DNA of 45,220 nt, filler included, from Okamejei kenojei (Eukaryota): assembly GCA_035221665.1 (NCBI GenBank). It is 2 parts of 2 records of this genome, joined end to end, with 100 filler letters (N's around TTAATTAATTAA, not from the genome) between each part and the next. Parts side by side here need not be neighbours in the genome. Positions count along the whole stretch, not along the records: positions 20,951 to 45,220 come from JAVHYY010000181.1; 1 more part is not named here. One strand, written 5' to 3'. The notes beneath the pieces were generated by a model, which made no database searches, had not been told where the DNA came from, and was given only the letters and a program-made list of their open reading frames with translations. Below are positions 33,240 to 45,220 of the stretch, piece after piece; positions within the stretch are counted from its first letter, which is position 1, and the number at the start of each line of letters is the position of its first letter. The position numbers were made by a program, and so were the translations under genes.

Positions 33240-36200
33240 TATAGTGTGAGATTGAATTAAATTTGTGGACAAGCCATTTCAGTTGAGATGGCCCCATGTT
33301 TGCTATTCCTGCAAACATGGTGGGAGATTCAGGGGGATATGGGCGCGGATTCTGGTGATTACATTTGCAGGAAGTGTGTCAGCTGCAGCTCCTGCAAAAC
33401 CATATTGAACGATGGAACTGCGGTTGATTCATACTGGTGCATCACGATGCTGAGAAACCCGTGGGAATTGCCGTACAGTGAGTTGGGCTCACACCGCAGG
33501 GTTAAAGTTAAGCGGACAGAATGGGAATGGGTTGCCATTAGCCAGATTTGCAGTAGGCAGTTGTGCGGGATGTCCCCTGCGGTCATCTCCCTCCTAAAAC
33601 AGATATCCATTTTTGGTACTGTTGGGGAAGATGGAGATGGCTCATCAGGGAAGGCAGAGCAGTAAGTTCTTGGCAACCATGGGTGGCTCTGCGGACAGGA
33701 GGGAGGAAGAATGAGTGGAAAGGAATATTAGTAAAAGGTGATTCAATTGTCAGCGGGAAATATAGATAGTCGTTCTGCGGATTTTTGCAAAAACGAGAAT
33801 CCAGGATGGTATGTGTGCCTCCCTGCTGCAAGGGTCATGGATGTCACTGACGGCTCTGGCAGAACATTCTAGAGGGGGAGGGTGAACAGCCAGCTGTCGT
33901 GGTGCACATTGGCACCAACGAATATAGGTAAAATGGGATGAGGTCCTACAAGGCGAATTTTTTAGGGGGAGCTAGGAGATAAACTTTAAAGTAGGACCTC
34001 AAAGGTAATAATCTCTGGATTATACCAGTGCCAGTGCTAGTCAGAGGAGAAATAGGAGGATATTGCGATGAATAACTGGCTTGAAAGTGGTGCAAGGGGA
34101 GGGATTCAATTTCTGGCATTGGAACAGTTCTGGGGGAAAAGGTGTGACCAGTACAAACAGGACGGTCTGCACCTGGGCTTGAAGGGAAACCAATGTTATT
34201 GTGGGGAGTTTTGTAGTGCTATGTCATAGAGGTGATAAGTATTTCAGGGTGGATTTAAACTTAATGTGGCAGGGAGATGGGAAGCAAGAGCAGAGAGGAC
34301 AGAGGGGTGTAAAATGAGGGTAGAAGCAATAGGTAGCAAGGTTCAGAGTAAAAGTGGCAGGCAGAAAAATCCAGGGCAAAAAATCAAAAAGGTGCCACTT
34401 TTCAAACATAATTGTATAATGGGGTAAGAGTGGTGTAAAAACAAGCTGGAAGGCTTTGTGTCACAATGCAAGGAGCATTCGTAATAGGGTGGATGAGTTG
34501 AATGTGCAGATAATTATTAATGATATGATATAGTTGGGATCACAGAGACATTGCTCCAGGGTCGTGACCAAGGCTGGGAGCTGAACAACCAGGGATATTC
34601 AATATTTCAGGAGGATAGGACAAGAAAGGAAAGGGAGGTGGAGTAGCATTTGTGGTTAGAGAGGAGATTAACACAATATGAAAGGAAGGACATTAGCTTG
34701 GAGAATGATGGAATCGATATGGGTAGAAGCTGCGAAAACACTAAGGGGCAGGAAAACACTACTGGGGTTGTTTACCAGGCCACTTACAGTAGTAGAGGAA
34801 GTTGGGGGAAAATGGCATCAACCAGGAAATTAGAAATGCGTGCATCAAATGTAAAATGTTATATGGGCGACTTCAATCTACATATAGATTGGGTGGAATC
34901 AAAATTGGCAGGGGTGCTGAGGAAGAGGATTTCTTGGAATTATGCGGGATAGTTTTCTAAAACCAATGCAAGGAACCAGAGAGATGAAGGCTATTCTATG
35001 ACTGGGTATTGAGTAAGAAGGAAGGGTTAGTTAGCTGCCTTGTTGTGCGTGGCCTTGGGCAAGTGAGACCATCTAATGCTATTAGACCTCAGTGCTGCAT
35101 TCGGCACTGTTTTTGATCACTCAATACTTTTGGACAGGTTGGAAAAATAGGGTGGGGCTTTCGGCACTGTTTCAAGTTGGTTCAGGTCATATCTACAATG
35201 ATGGGAAATATTTTGTTTCCATTGGTGACTTTTGTATCAGAACCAACCAACGTGACGTGTGGAGACCCCACAAGGTTCGTTGTTAGATAGGACCCGCTTT
35301 TAATCAAATCTACATGCTCCCACTAGGGCAAACAATGCCAAATATAATATTGACTACCACTGTATGCGGGGGACACTCAAATCTATGTAGCGCTTATCAC
35401 CAAATGACTATCGCCCCATAGATCTGCTTGTGCCAGTGCATTGAGCAAGTTCAAAGACTGGATGTGCCAAAATTTCCTTCAACTAGATAGGACAAAACGG
35501 AGATAATTGTTTTTGGTGCTAAAAAAAGAAAGGCTTTAAAGTAACCCAACACCTTCTGTGTGTTCTTTTGTCCCTTGATACCTCAAACAAAGTCAGAAAT
35601 CTCGGGGTTATTATGGATTCAGATTTACATTTCGACAGTCAATTAAATCAGTAACAAAATCGGCGCCTAACTATCACCTCTAAAACGTAGCAAGACAGAG
35701 GGACTCATATCAGTCAAGACTTAGAAAAGCTTGTACCACGCCCTTTATAATAGTAGGCTAGATTATTGTAACAGTCTCCCTTGAAGGTCTTCCAAAAAAA
35801 AAAACTGTAGGCAGCTACAGCTGGTTTTCAGAATCATGTTGCTAGAGTTCTAAACAAAGATCCAAAAAAATTGAACACATTACACCAATTCTTAAATCCT
35901 TACTGTATGTCAGAGAATTGAATTTAAATCTTGATGCTCACCTAGAAAAATAATACATGGTTTAGGGACAAAGTATATCACTGACATGCTTCCACTATAT
36001 AAGTCTTCTAGACCACTAAGATCTTCAGAGACCAATCTGTAGTTGATCCCAAGAGTAAAATACAAAAATGGGCGGAAAGCAGGATTTAGTTACTATGCAT
36101 AAAATAGCTGGAATAAACTTCCTGAAGATTTAAGATTTGACCACTTTTTAAAAACAAGATGAAATGTTTATGGTTTACTTTAGTTTTCAGCTTAAATCCT

Positions 36201-38170
36201 AAATACAGTGCACTTATAAACTTTTTGCACTTTTCATATAATGCATTTTTTTTTAAACTTTGCTTTTTTTTATTCTTTTATTCTTCTATTTTATTTATTT
36301 TTAATTCTTTCATATTTATTGTTATGACAGTTTTTATGTGAAGCACTTGAGTCTTGTCTCGTGTTATGGAAATGTGCTATTTAAATAAAAGTTGCCTCGC
36401 CTTCCCTTGCCTTCTTCAATTAGGATGGCGAGTGAGTGACATAGTTAATTCAGGAAAAACAGGGGTTCTGAACTTAAAGAGGTAAAACTTTGGGGAGGGT
36501 TAAGAGATGAGAATTGGCCAAGATAGACTGGCAAGTGCCTCATTTAAAGGGTTGCCGGTGGATATGCATGGAAGGCATTTAAGGACTGCATGGATGAACT
36601 ACAACAATTGTTCATCCCAGGTTCGGCAAAAGAATACTGGGGAAGGTAGTGCATCCGTGGATAACAAGGGAAATCAAGGTTAGTATCAAAACAAAAGATG
36701 AAGCATACAAATTAGCCAGGAAAAAGCAGACTACCAGGAGGACTGGGAGAAATTCAGCCTACCAGAGGACTGGAGTCCACCAGAGGAGTACAAGGGCTTA
36801 ATTAGGAAATGGGAAAGTAGCTTATGAAAAGAAAAAACTGGCAGGGAACATAAAAACGAGCTGCAAAGTTTTTTATAGATATGTTGAAGAGAAAACATTA
36901 GTGGGTGGGTATAGAGAGAATGGTTTGTGGAAAAGGTTAGTTAAAACAAATGTAGGGTCCTGGGAAGCGACGTGTCTTGTGCAGTCAGTTTGTATGTTCG
37001 AGCCTGCAGTTTTTCTTTCATAATCTACTTCCATTTCCTAAATACTATCTACAGCACTTGATTACTTCTCTTGTGTGTGTGTGTGTGTGTGTGTGTGGTG
37101 TGTAGGTTGTTGAGAGAGATCATAGCGAGATATAGTATTTAGGAAATGGGGAAGTAGATTATGAAAGAAAACTGGCAGGGAAATAAAAACTGACTGCAAA
37201 AAGTTTTTATAGAGATGAATGTTGAAGAGAAAAAGGTTAGTTAAAACAAATGTAGGTCCCTTGCAGTCAGAAATGGTGAGTAATTGATCATTGGGGAACA
37301 AGGCATGGCAGACCAAATTGAATAACTACTTTGGGTTCTGTCTTCTGTGTAGGAAGACATAAATAATCAGGATAGGCGTGGTTAGGTGAATAGCAGGGGA
37401 CTGGGGGGTCAAATGAGATGGAGGAACTGAGTGAAATCCAGGAAGTGGGTTAGTTAAATCTGTTGAGTATGGGTTTAATAGGCGATAACTCCTCAGGTGC
37501 CAGATAGGCTGCATGCGCCCAGGGTACTTAAAGATGTAAGCACCAGAAATAGTGGTTGGAATTTGGTCTGCCTTAATCTAGGAAAGCTGGCATCTTGCCA
37601 AGGAGGGAGTACAGAGAAGGGTATTCTCAGACTGATTCCTGGGATGGTTGCGGGGGGTGCTTGAGACTGCCTTATGAAGAAAGACTGGATAGACTTGGCT
37701 ATGTTGGTGAGTATGTGTACTCGCTGGAATTTACGGAAGGATTGAGGGGGGATCTTTAGAGGTGCTTACAAAATTCTTTAAGGGGTTGGGTAAAGGCTAG
37801 AAGCAGGGAGATTGTTCCCGATGTTGGGGAAGTCTCAGCGCAATCAACGGGGTCACAGGGGTTTAAGGGTGTATAAGGGGAAGTCTTTTAGGATCCGAGA
37901 TGAGGAAAATCATTTTTCACACAGAGAGTGGTGAATCTGTGGAATTATCTGCCACAGAAGGTAGTTGAGTCCAGTTCATTGGCTATATTTAAGAGGGAGT
38001 TTGATGTGGCCTCTTGTAGCTAAAGGGTTTCAGGAGGTATGGAGAGAGAAGGGAGGTACGGGATACTGAGTTGGATGATCAGCCATGATCATAAGAGGTT
38101 GAATTGGCGGTGCAGGCTCGAAGGGCGAGTATGGCCTACTACTGCACCTATTTCTATTGGTTTTCTACTG
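33240..38170 (+). mobile_element. CR1 LINE with ORF1 (zinc finger + SGNH esterase) and ORF2 (APE endonuclease; large RT deletion; 3' end), interrupted by L2
   Basis: ORF1 motifs DYICRKC, ILVKGDSIV, VVHIGTN and DGLHL; endonuclease motifs NARSIRNRVDEL, DIVGITET, KGGGVA and MGDFN. The CR1 3' end lies at about 37600-38170. Confidence 0.85.
35075..36412 (+). mobile_element. L2-clade LINE 3' fragment nested in CR1 ORF2
   Basis: Begins MLLDLSAAF.TV.DHSILLDRLE; degenerate G.PQGS and YADDTQIY motifs; ends gtgctat.taaataaaag-ttgcc-repeat tail. The CR1 sequence resumes after 36412. Confidence 0.8.
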
Positions 38171-38174
38171 TTAT

Positions 38175-38820
38175 GTTTCAGTCACAATGAAAGCAAACCT
38201 GCAGGTATTAGCACGGCAGTGAAGAAAGCGAATGCATGTTGGCCTTCATTTGTGAGGGGAATAGAGTTTTAGGGAGAGCAAGGAGGTCCTACTGTGGTGA
38301 GGACCGCACTGGAGTATTGCGTGCAATATTGGATTCCTAACTATGGAGAAGGATATTACTTAACTAATGAGGGTGTGCAGCGTAGAAGGAGGTTCTCCAG
38401 GTTATATTCTGGGATGGTTGGGACAGGACATACGATGATGAAAGAATGGTTGACTAGGCTTTGTATTCACTGGATTTTTGAAGGATGAGGAGGGATCTTA
38501 TAGAAACATATTAAAATTCTTAAAGGAGTTGGTCAGGCTAGAGACAGGGGAAAAATGTATCCCGATTTTAGGGTATAACTTAGTCTTCAACCAGAGGTTG
38601 TGAATCTGTGGTATTCTCTGCGACTGAAGGCAGGTGGAGGCCAATTTGTGGATGTTTTCAGCGAGCGAGTTAGATTTAGTTCTTAAGCTGAATAGGATAT
38701 GGGGAGAGGCAGGAATGGGTTACTGATTTTAGATGGATCTAGTATGATCATATTGAAATAGGATGCTGGCTCGAAGGGCCAAAATGGCGTTACTGATGCA
38801 GTAGTTTTCTAGTTTCTCTT
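38175..38820 (+). mobile_element. Second CR1 3' fragment
   Basis: AVKKAN..., VR.ALEYCVQYW.P, and the CR1 3' terminal hairpin motif near 38765-38815. Confidence 0.75.
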
Positions 38821-39213
38821 GTTACTTTCTCTCCAGAGCTGCGCTGGCCTGCCGCCTGAAGTTACTCAGCTTTTTCAGTCTTTAAGATTATAGAGTCTAT
38901 AGATCTAAACGCAGTACTGCACTCAAAGTTTTCTCTCCTGGAATTAATAAAGTTATTTAGTATCGTATCGTATAGAAATGTGGTAAGATAGGAAATGCAG
39001 TATGCTGGATTAACCCAAGACAGACCAAATTCGGAGAAACTCAGTGGGACCAGGCATCATCTCTGGATGAGAATGGAATGGCTGATATTTCAGGATTGGG
39101 ACCCTTCTTCCTGACTGTCAGATCAAGGCAGGGGACAGAAATCGGAGACGTGAAAAAGGCCAGCAGACAAAGTATAGGGGCTCGGCAGGCATGATGGACC
39201 ACAAGTAAGGGCC

Positions 39214-39908
39214 TGACGCGGTAGGACGGAAGTCGGGAGTTGTGAGATACCCTTTATGCTCACAATTAATACCAAAGGACTAAATCTTGGAAAGCAAGAG
39301 ATTTCCTTTTAGTTTACGAGTCTGCAGGACGGGTGCCTCTCCAACTCGAGGACACACCGAAAGCCGCAGAGAATCATTCCCCCTTTATACACAGAATCTT
39401 ACATTCAACCTCCCCTCCGGGACCCTTACTCCAAATCAGTGGGTCGGAGGTGCACAATCTGTAGTATATCCACGAAACATCCGCCTCGCACTCCCATTTC
39501 ATACATTGCATGTTTCAAAACTTGTTCATGGTAATGAGCAGTTTCTTGACAGGGGTGTGTTGTAATATTCATTTATTCTATTTATGCATGCTCAGTTGCT
39601 CATGCCCTACCCTTACGTTTTAATTACCTCCTGATGTGATCCGCTCTCAGTTATCCTATATCCAGGTACTAAAGCTAAGCCTATAGTGACAAGGGTCCCA
39701 TCTATCACTCCCTTCATGAAAAGGGATCTCTCTACATCACTCCCTTGTCTACCGGCTATACAATGCTATCACTTTTACACTCCAAGGACTCAAGATGGGT
39801 CTGGCAACCTTCAGACACTGCTGTGTCAGAATCCTCTCTTCCAGCCCCTCTCTGTTTGAATTCTCTTTTAAACTCCTTTCTTTTTAGGGTTTAATCACTT
39901 TAGCCTCA
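39214..39908 (-). mobile_element. Probable ERV 3' LTR
   Basis: On the minus strand, a polypurine tract AAAAAAAAAGGGAGGA (39927-39912) just after env precedes TG at 39908. TATA-like GTATAAAG lies near 39383-39390, and the element ends ...CGCGTCA at 39214. No second LTR is present to confirm the ends. Confidence 0.5.
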
Positions 39909-39954
39909 CTATCCTCCCTTTTTTTTTGTAGCATACACTGATATTAAAACCCTC

Positions 39955-41800
39955 ATTTTAACTTCTTCAACTCGAAACTGGATCGTAAATTGTCCATAAC
40001 CTTCTCCTCCTGTAAATCATAAACTTCCCTTGCGCATTATCATTATTTTTCTGTATTTCCCCTTTCTCTCCATGGCATACTACAGCCTGCATCTGACTTA
40101 TACTTTGGTAATAAGTTCCCTAAAACAAGGGATAACAACAGGGGGATAAAGATGGTCCAGCCACTTGTGCAATAGAAACACAATAGTCCCACCGTTCTCA
40201 CACCAGGTTCCTCCGAGGATTGGAATCCCACATTGGGGTTCCCATAATCGAATTCCACTTTTGTTATTGGAACATGCGCCATCTTTACGTGATCCCGTCT
40301 GATAATGTCATCACTGCCTGCTCCATTATCATCGGATGTTCAAACAGCAATTCAGAGAGGTTGAATTTCCCCGCATACCCTTCCTTCTTCCTGCCAGGAG
40401 ATAATCTATGGGCCTCTAACTGTTTGGTATTATCGACTTGCTTCGCATCTGGTTGCTGCTTTGCCAGATCTCCAGTGCCCGCAAGTTGTCGGTTTGGTAA
40501 TTACCTCCAGTACTGCCTGAAGCCTTATGATACGGTTTTAACATGTATTACTGGTGTTCGGTAGCCCCAGGATCCATCCTTGTGCCCATGTGGCTGGTCG
40601 TAGTATGAGATGATCTTGCTGGCTGGCCATTCATCATCTTCCCCTTCCTCCAATGTATATTTTCCTCTTCTTTCCGTATAGGTCGTTCAAATACAGGTGT
40701 TCCGATGACTGCCTTCTTTTGGCGTTTAACAGGAAGAATCAGGAGAGTTGTACCAGTCCAATAAACAAGTCCACTCCAATCATGCGTAACACCGAGTATG
40801 CCTTGTATCCGCCTAGCCATAACATCTTATCAGGGGCCGGTCCACTAGAGGCAAACCTTTGTTCCATATATCTCGCAATAACTGGGAATCCCCTGATAAG
40901 GGTTATTCCCGGTGCAGTTCCATAGTTCCGCTGAGTTCCACTCCATCGATCTCCATCGGGATATGCGCAGTTTTTCCCATATTTCTAGTTGATACCATTT
41001 TTAGGCTCCTATGGCCACCACACTCGGGGACTGATTTGGCCACTGGGAGACGATGCGCTGGCAGGGGCTGCTGCTACTAGACGGCATCCTTTGCCCAGGG
41101 CTTAGCGATTCACTTTCAGTCCCGACCGGAAGCGTCTGCCAGGACCCATACCTGGGGGATCTCGGTCTTGTCAAACTGTCAGGTTCCACCCCATCAAGGT
41201 CCATTTTCAACAATGGATCACTTCCACGGCAAACGTTGAATTCATCAGTGAGTCCTCCGCAGGACCCAACAGTTAGTCCACATCAGGGTCCAGCTTATCC
41301 GGATGGCCAAGTCCACAAAAGGTTTTTTTTTTTTTTTTTTTTTTCTCCTTCAGGGATCCGATTGCTTCTTTATCTCTTCGTTACAGTGTCTGGTGCACTT
41401 GAGGCTGAGTAGTGGGGGAGGGGGAGGCTTAGTGACTACTATCTCTGTAACCTCTTTTATTACTTCCTCCTCTCGTCTTATCTATTGACCATTTACGATC
41501 TTTGAGAGAGGAAAACTAAACCTGTTACCACAAACCCATCTCTCTCCCATTGGGCAGGTAACGGCCCCAAACTTCCCTATATACCCCCCCTATTTGCCTG
41601 CATCAAAATAATCCTTTCCCCTCTTTACAAATGCGTTCTAGGTTTTCCGGTCTGGTCATACTTTGTTCACATGGGAAATGATAGAGTAATGATCTGGTTG
41701 TCTGCCCTCTGTATTGGATAGGATGATAACATTTATCACAATTATTAATACTTTACACAATTAATACAAATGCAAACAATACCACGACTATCTTTTCCAT
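39955..41800 (-). pseudogene. env: Endogenous retrovirus envelope (ERV3/HERV-I-like, gamma-type env), full length but frameshifted in this assembly
   Basis: Motifs read across frameshifts in order: ATG at 41800 MEKIVVVLFAFVLI..CDKC..TRSLLYH; NLFVDLA..TNCWV(C)GG; DEWP..KII.YY.PATWAQ.GSWGYRTP..RIIRLQAVLEVIT; ISD-like ..DYLLA; CX6CC-like CGKFNLS.CC; KMAHVP; hydrophobic TM near 40110-40190. Confidence 0.85.
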
Positions 41801-41959
41801 ACTGTCAGTTTTACCATTCAATGCTTTTTTGTTTAAATTACTGGCTGGGGGGGGGGGGGAGGGACTCGGTAGAGGGGGCTAGGGGTCAGGGTTGTGGGGC
41901 AAGAGGCAGAGAAGGGAAGCCCTAGGATCAAAATGTAGGCGAGAGATGAAAAAGGATAA

Positions 41960-44900
41960 TAGACCGGGAATAATGGGATGGTGGGTTTCTAAAATGTGTA
42001 TATTTTAATGCTAGGGAGCATTGTGAGTAAGGTGGACGAAACTTAGAGCCTGATTGACACCTGGAAATATGATGTTTGTGGCAATCCAGTTGAAACATGG
42101 TTGCAGGAGGGCTGTGATGGAAACTAATTATTCCGGATTTCGTTGCTTCAAAGTGTGGATAGAATTGGTGAGGACCAGAGGTGGAGTGTTGCATTGCTTT
42201 GTCAGGGAAGATATTACAGCAGTGCTTTGGCAGGATTGGATAGATTAGAGGGCTCCTCTAGGGGGGAGGCTATTTGGGTGGTGGAAACTGAGAGTGGGAT
42301 ACGGTTGGTAGCAACACTTTTAGGGGTGAATTATTAGACCGCCAAATGGGGGCGTGTGAATTGGAAGAGCAATATGTAAGGATGATAGGCAGATATTAGT
42401 AGTAAGCTCATGGTTGTGATTGGTGGGAGATTTCAATTTTAAAAATAGACTGGGAAAACACCCATTCTGTAAATGGGCTGGATGTTTGAGTTTGTAAAAT
42501 GTGTGCAGGATAGTTTTTTGCAGCGTACATTGACGGTTTATCGACAGAGAAGGGGCAGTGCTGGACCTCCTGTTAGGAAATGAGGCAGGTCAGGTGACGG
42601 GGTAGGTATGGGTGGTGAGCACTTGGGACCAGTGATCACAATACCATTAGTTTCAATATATCTATGGGAGAGAGTCAGAACTGGACCTAGGGTAGAGATT
42701 TTTTGATTGGAGAAAGGCTAACTTTGAGGGAATGTGTAAGGATTTTAAAGGAGAGTGGAAGTTGGGACACTTGTGTTTCATTGGGAAGGATGTAGAAGAG
42801 AAATGGGAGGACACTTTAACAGGGGAATTTGAAGAGTACGAGTAATCTTTATGTCCCTGTGTAGGGTGAAGGAATTGGTTAAAAATGCAAACGAGCATGG
42901 TTTTCAGGGAAATTGGAACTTGTTTCGAAACAAGAAGCAGATATCTACAATAATATTAGGAGGCAGGAGTAAATGAGAGATGGTGCTCTAGAGGAGTATA
43001 AAGAATGTAAAAAGAATCTTAAGAAAGATATTTAGGAAGGCTAAAAGAAGATATGAGGTTGCTTTGGCAAGAAAGGTGAAAGTAACCGCAAAGGGGTTTC
43101 TACAGAACTATAATAATAGCAAAAGGATAACGAGGATGTAAAAATTGGAACCATTAGTGAACCATGAGATGGACAGCTATCTGCTAGGAGCCAGTAGAAA
43201 GAGCATCGGAGATGGGGGGACGATATTGAACAAGATGTTCTGTTTCCTGTGTCAGGTATTCACCAAGCGAGGAGGATATGAGAGAACTCGAGTGAGTTAA
43301 GAGCGGAGATAGATGGTAGAGTAGCCCGCATGAAACCTATGGCTCGACGACGCACAAGAGGAGGACGCCCAGTACTGCGTCTTCGAAAGAGTAGTGCGTA
43401 AAAGAGTGCGATATAATGTCTCCAGGTCCTCGCACGGCATGTAGTGCCACACCTAGGACATGTGATGCGGGTCTTAGTGTAAGATATTCTGCCACATGGA
43501 GCTATGACAGAACTATTTTCACACATATGTCATTAGAAACGGGAATGTGCCGGGGCCAGGCACTATTGTGGCTGCTACGCTCCACGCGCTCGGCATGTTG
43601 GTAGATCACAAGCATTGGTTTAAAAAGGTTCAAAGAATTAAACCTAGCAGATTAGTAGACCTGATTAGCTTTGATACGGTCAGTGGTGGGCACATATTAA
43701 TGGAAAGTTTACTTAGAGGATGTAACTATTTATAAGCCCCATCCTGGTATAAGACAGGTCTGATCGAGGAACAGCGCGTCAACATCGGATTTGTGCCTGG
43801 AAGGTCTGGTTTTGCTGACAGAACTTCTTGATTTTTGTGACGCACAGGTAAATTAGGGGAAAGTGATGAGGGTAATAAAGCACCGTGAGTACATGTTGTT
43901 ATGCTATGGATTTCTGTAAGCGCCCCTCTTGAGATCCAAGAGGACTCCGCCCGCCGCCATGGCAAGGTTTGGTTAAGAAGGTTCGAACGTCACTTGCCGG
44001 GTTGTTAATGCAGTGAGTAGCCGAGATGGATTCAACAGTGGCTCCGGTGAATGGGAGATGTCAGAGCCAGTATGGTGGATGGCTGTTTGTCAGGTTGGAA
44101 GCGGGTGGCGTGCACCATGCCGCGACGCGCACCCACAGCCGGCGCTGCCACAGGGATTGTGTTGGGTCCATGTTGTTTGTCTGTACATCGCAATGGATCA
44201 GGGATGGTATGGTGGTTGCGAAGAAATTGGATAAGTAGTATGGCAGATGATCTACGATAGGTGGTGTTGTGGATAATGAAGTAGATTTTCCAAAGTCTTA
44301 AGAGAGGATTTTGGGCCATTTGGTGAGAAAAGTCGAGGGCTAGCTCTCTCGATGGTGTTTAAGTGCTGAGAAGTGTGAAGTGCTACATCTTGGCGGTGTC
44401 GGACAAATCAAAATAGGACGTACATGGTAAATGGTAGGGAATTGAGGATATGCTGTGGAACAGAGGGATCTAGGATAATAACTGTGCATAGATTCCTGAA
44501 GTGTAAATCGCTATGTAGAATAGCCTGGTGGTCGTAGAAGAAAGCCTTTGGTTGGCAGGTGGTGTGCTTGGCCCTGTTATAAATCAGAGCATTGAATATA
44601 GGGGTAGGGAAGTAATGTTTTTAAAATGGTACAGGGCATTGGTAAGACCAATTCTGGAGTATGGTGGTGGTCACAATTTTGGTTGCCTTGTTATAGGAAG
44701 GATGTCAACAAAATAGAGAGAGTACTGAGGAGATTTACTAGAATGGTTGCCAGGGTTCCAGCAACTCATGTTACAGAGAAAGGTTGAACATGTTACGGTC
44801 TTTATTCTTTGGAGCCGCAGAAGGTTAAGGGGGGACTTTGATTGAGGTCTTTAATATGAAGAAGGGATAGACAGAGTTGACGTGGATCGTTTTCCCTGAG

Positions 44901-45220
44901 GGTAGGGGAAGATTCAAACAAGGAGGCACATGACATGAGAATTAAGGGACAGAGGTTTCGTCGAGCGGCCAGCCCGTACTCCCCCACCCCCCCCCCCCCC
45001 CCCAATCCACACCAACCCCAGGGTGGCTGACAGGTTGAAGGGCGACAGGGGGTTGGTAACTGATTGAACGGGGGTAACTTCGCTTTATGCACAAAAGCAG
45101 GGTCGGGCTTGGCACTGTGTGGATTACTGAGCTATCCAGCAGGAAGTGGGTGGAGGCGGGATCGATTTTAACATTTAAGAGTAAAGTGGATAGGTATATG
45201 GACGTGCCTAAGGTGAATGG
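41960..45220 (+). mobile_element. CR1 LINE ORF2 (endonuclease + RT), heavily indel-disrupted, running to the window end
   Basis: LKCVYFNAR.., GGGVALLV-like, VGDFN, LDLLLGNE, SDHN.ISF, PQG.VLGP, ADD, RALVRPILEY and CR1 C-terminal motifs. Confidence 0.85.

Overview
Vertebrate genomic DNA, very probably from a cartilaginous fish (skate/ray). This is inferred from HE1-type V-SINEs, elasmobranch-style CR1 LINEs and a TCR-type V gene. The window is two blocks joined by an artificial 100-bp spacer (44 N + TTAATTAATTAA + 44 N, 20851-20950), so their adjacency is not trustworthy. Block 1 (1-20850) holds a CpG island, a strong-Kozak uORF and the first coding exon (104-286) of a furin-like proprotein convertase. 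It continues with >20 kb of repeat-rich intron containing many short fold-back elements that carry minimal hammerhead-ribozyme cores (CUGAAGA-stem II-GAAACGUC). Several of these have 16-27 bp target-site duplications, and a degraded Penelope ORF lies nearby. Block 2 (20951-45220) starts with a minus-strand cluster of TCR alpha/delta-type V genes: one intact leader+V exon with a 23-RSS, one leader cut off by the join, and one pseudogene. A stack of nested retroelements follows: Rex1 split by a structurally complete DIRS1 (ITRs + ICR), a 1.8-kb G-rich 16-bp minisatellite, a CR1 interrupted by an L2, an ERV3/HERV-I-like full-length env with a probable 3' LTR, and another CR1 ORF2. Sequence beyond about 26 kb looks indel-rich (possibly unpolished long-read fill), so frameshifts there may be errors. 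All calls were made by eye without database searches, and repeat boundaries are approximate.
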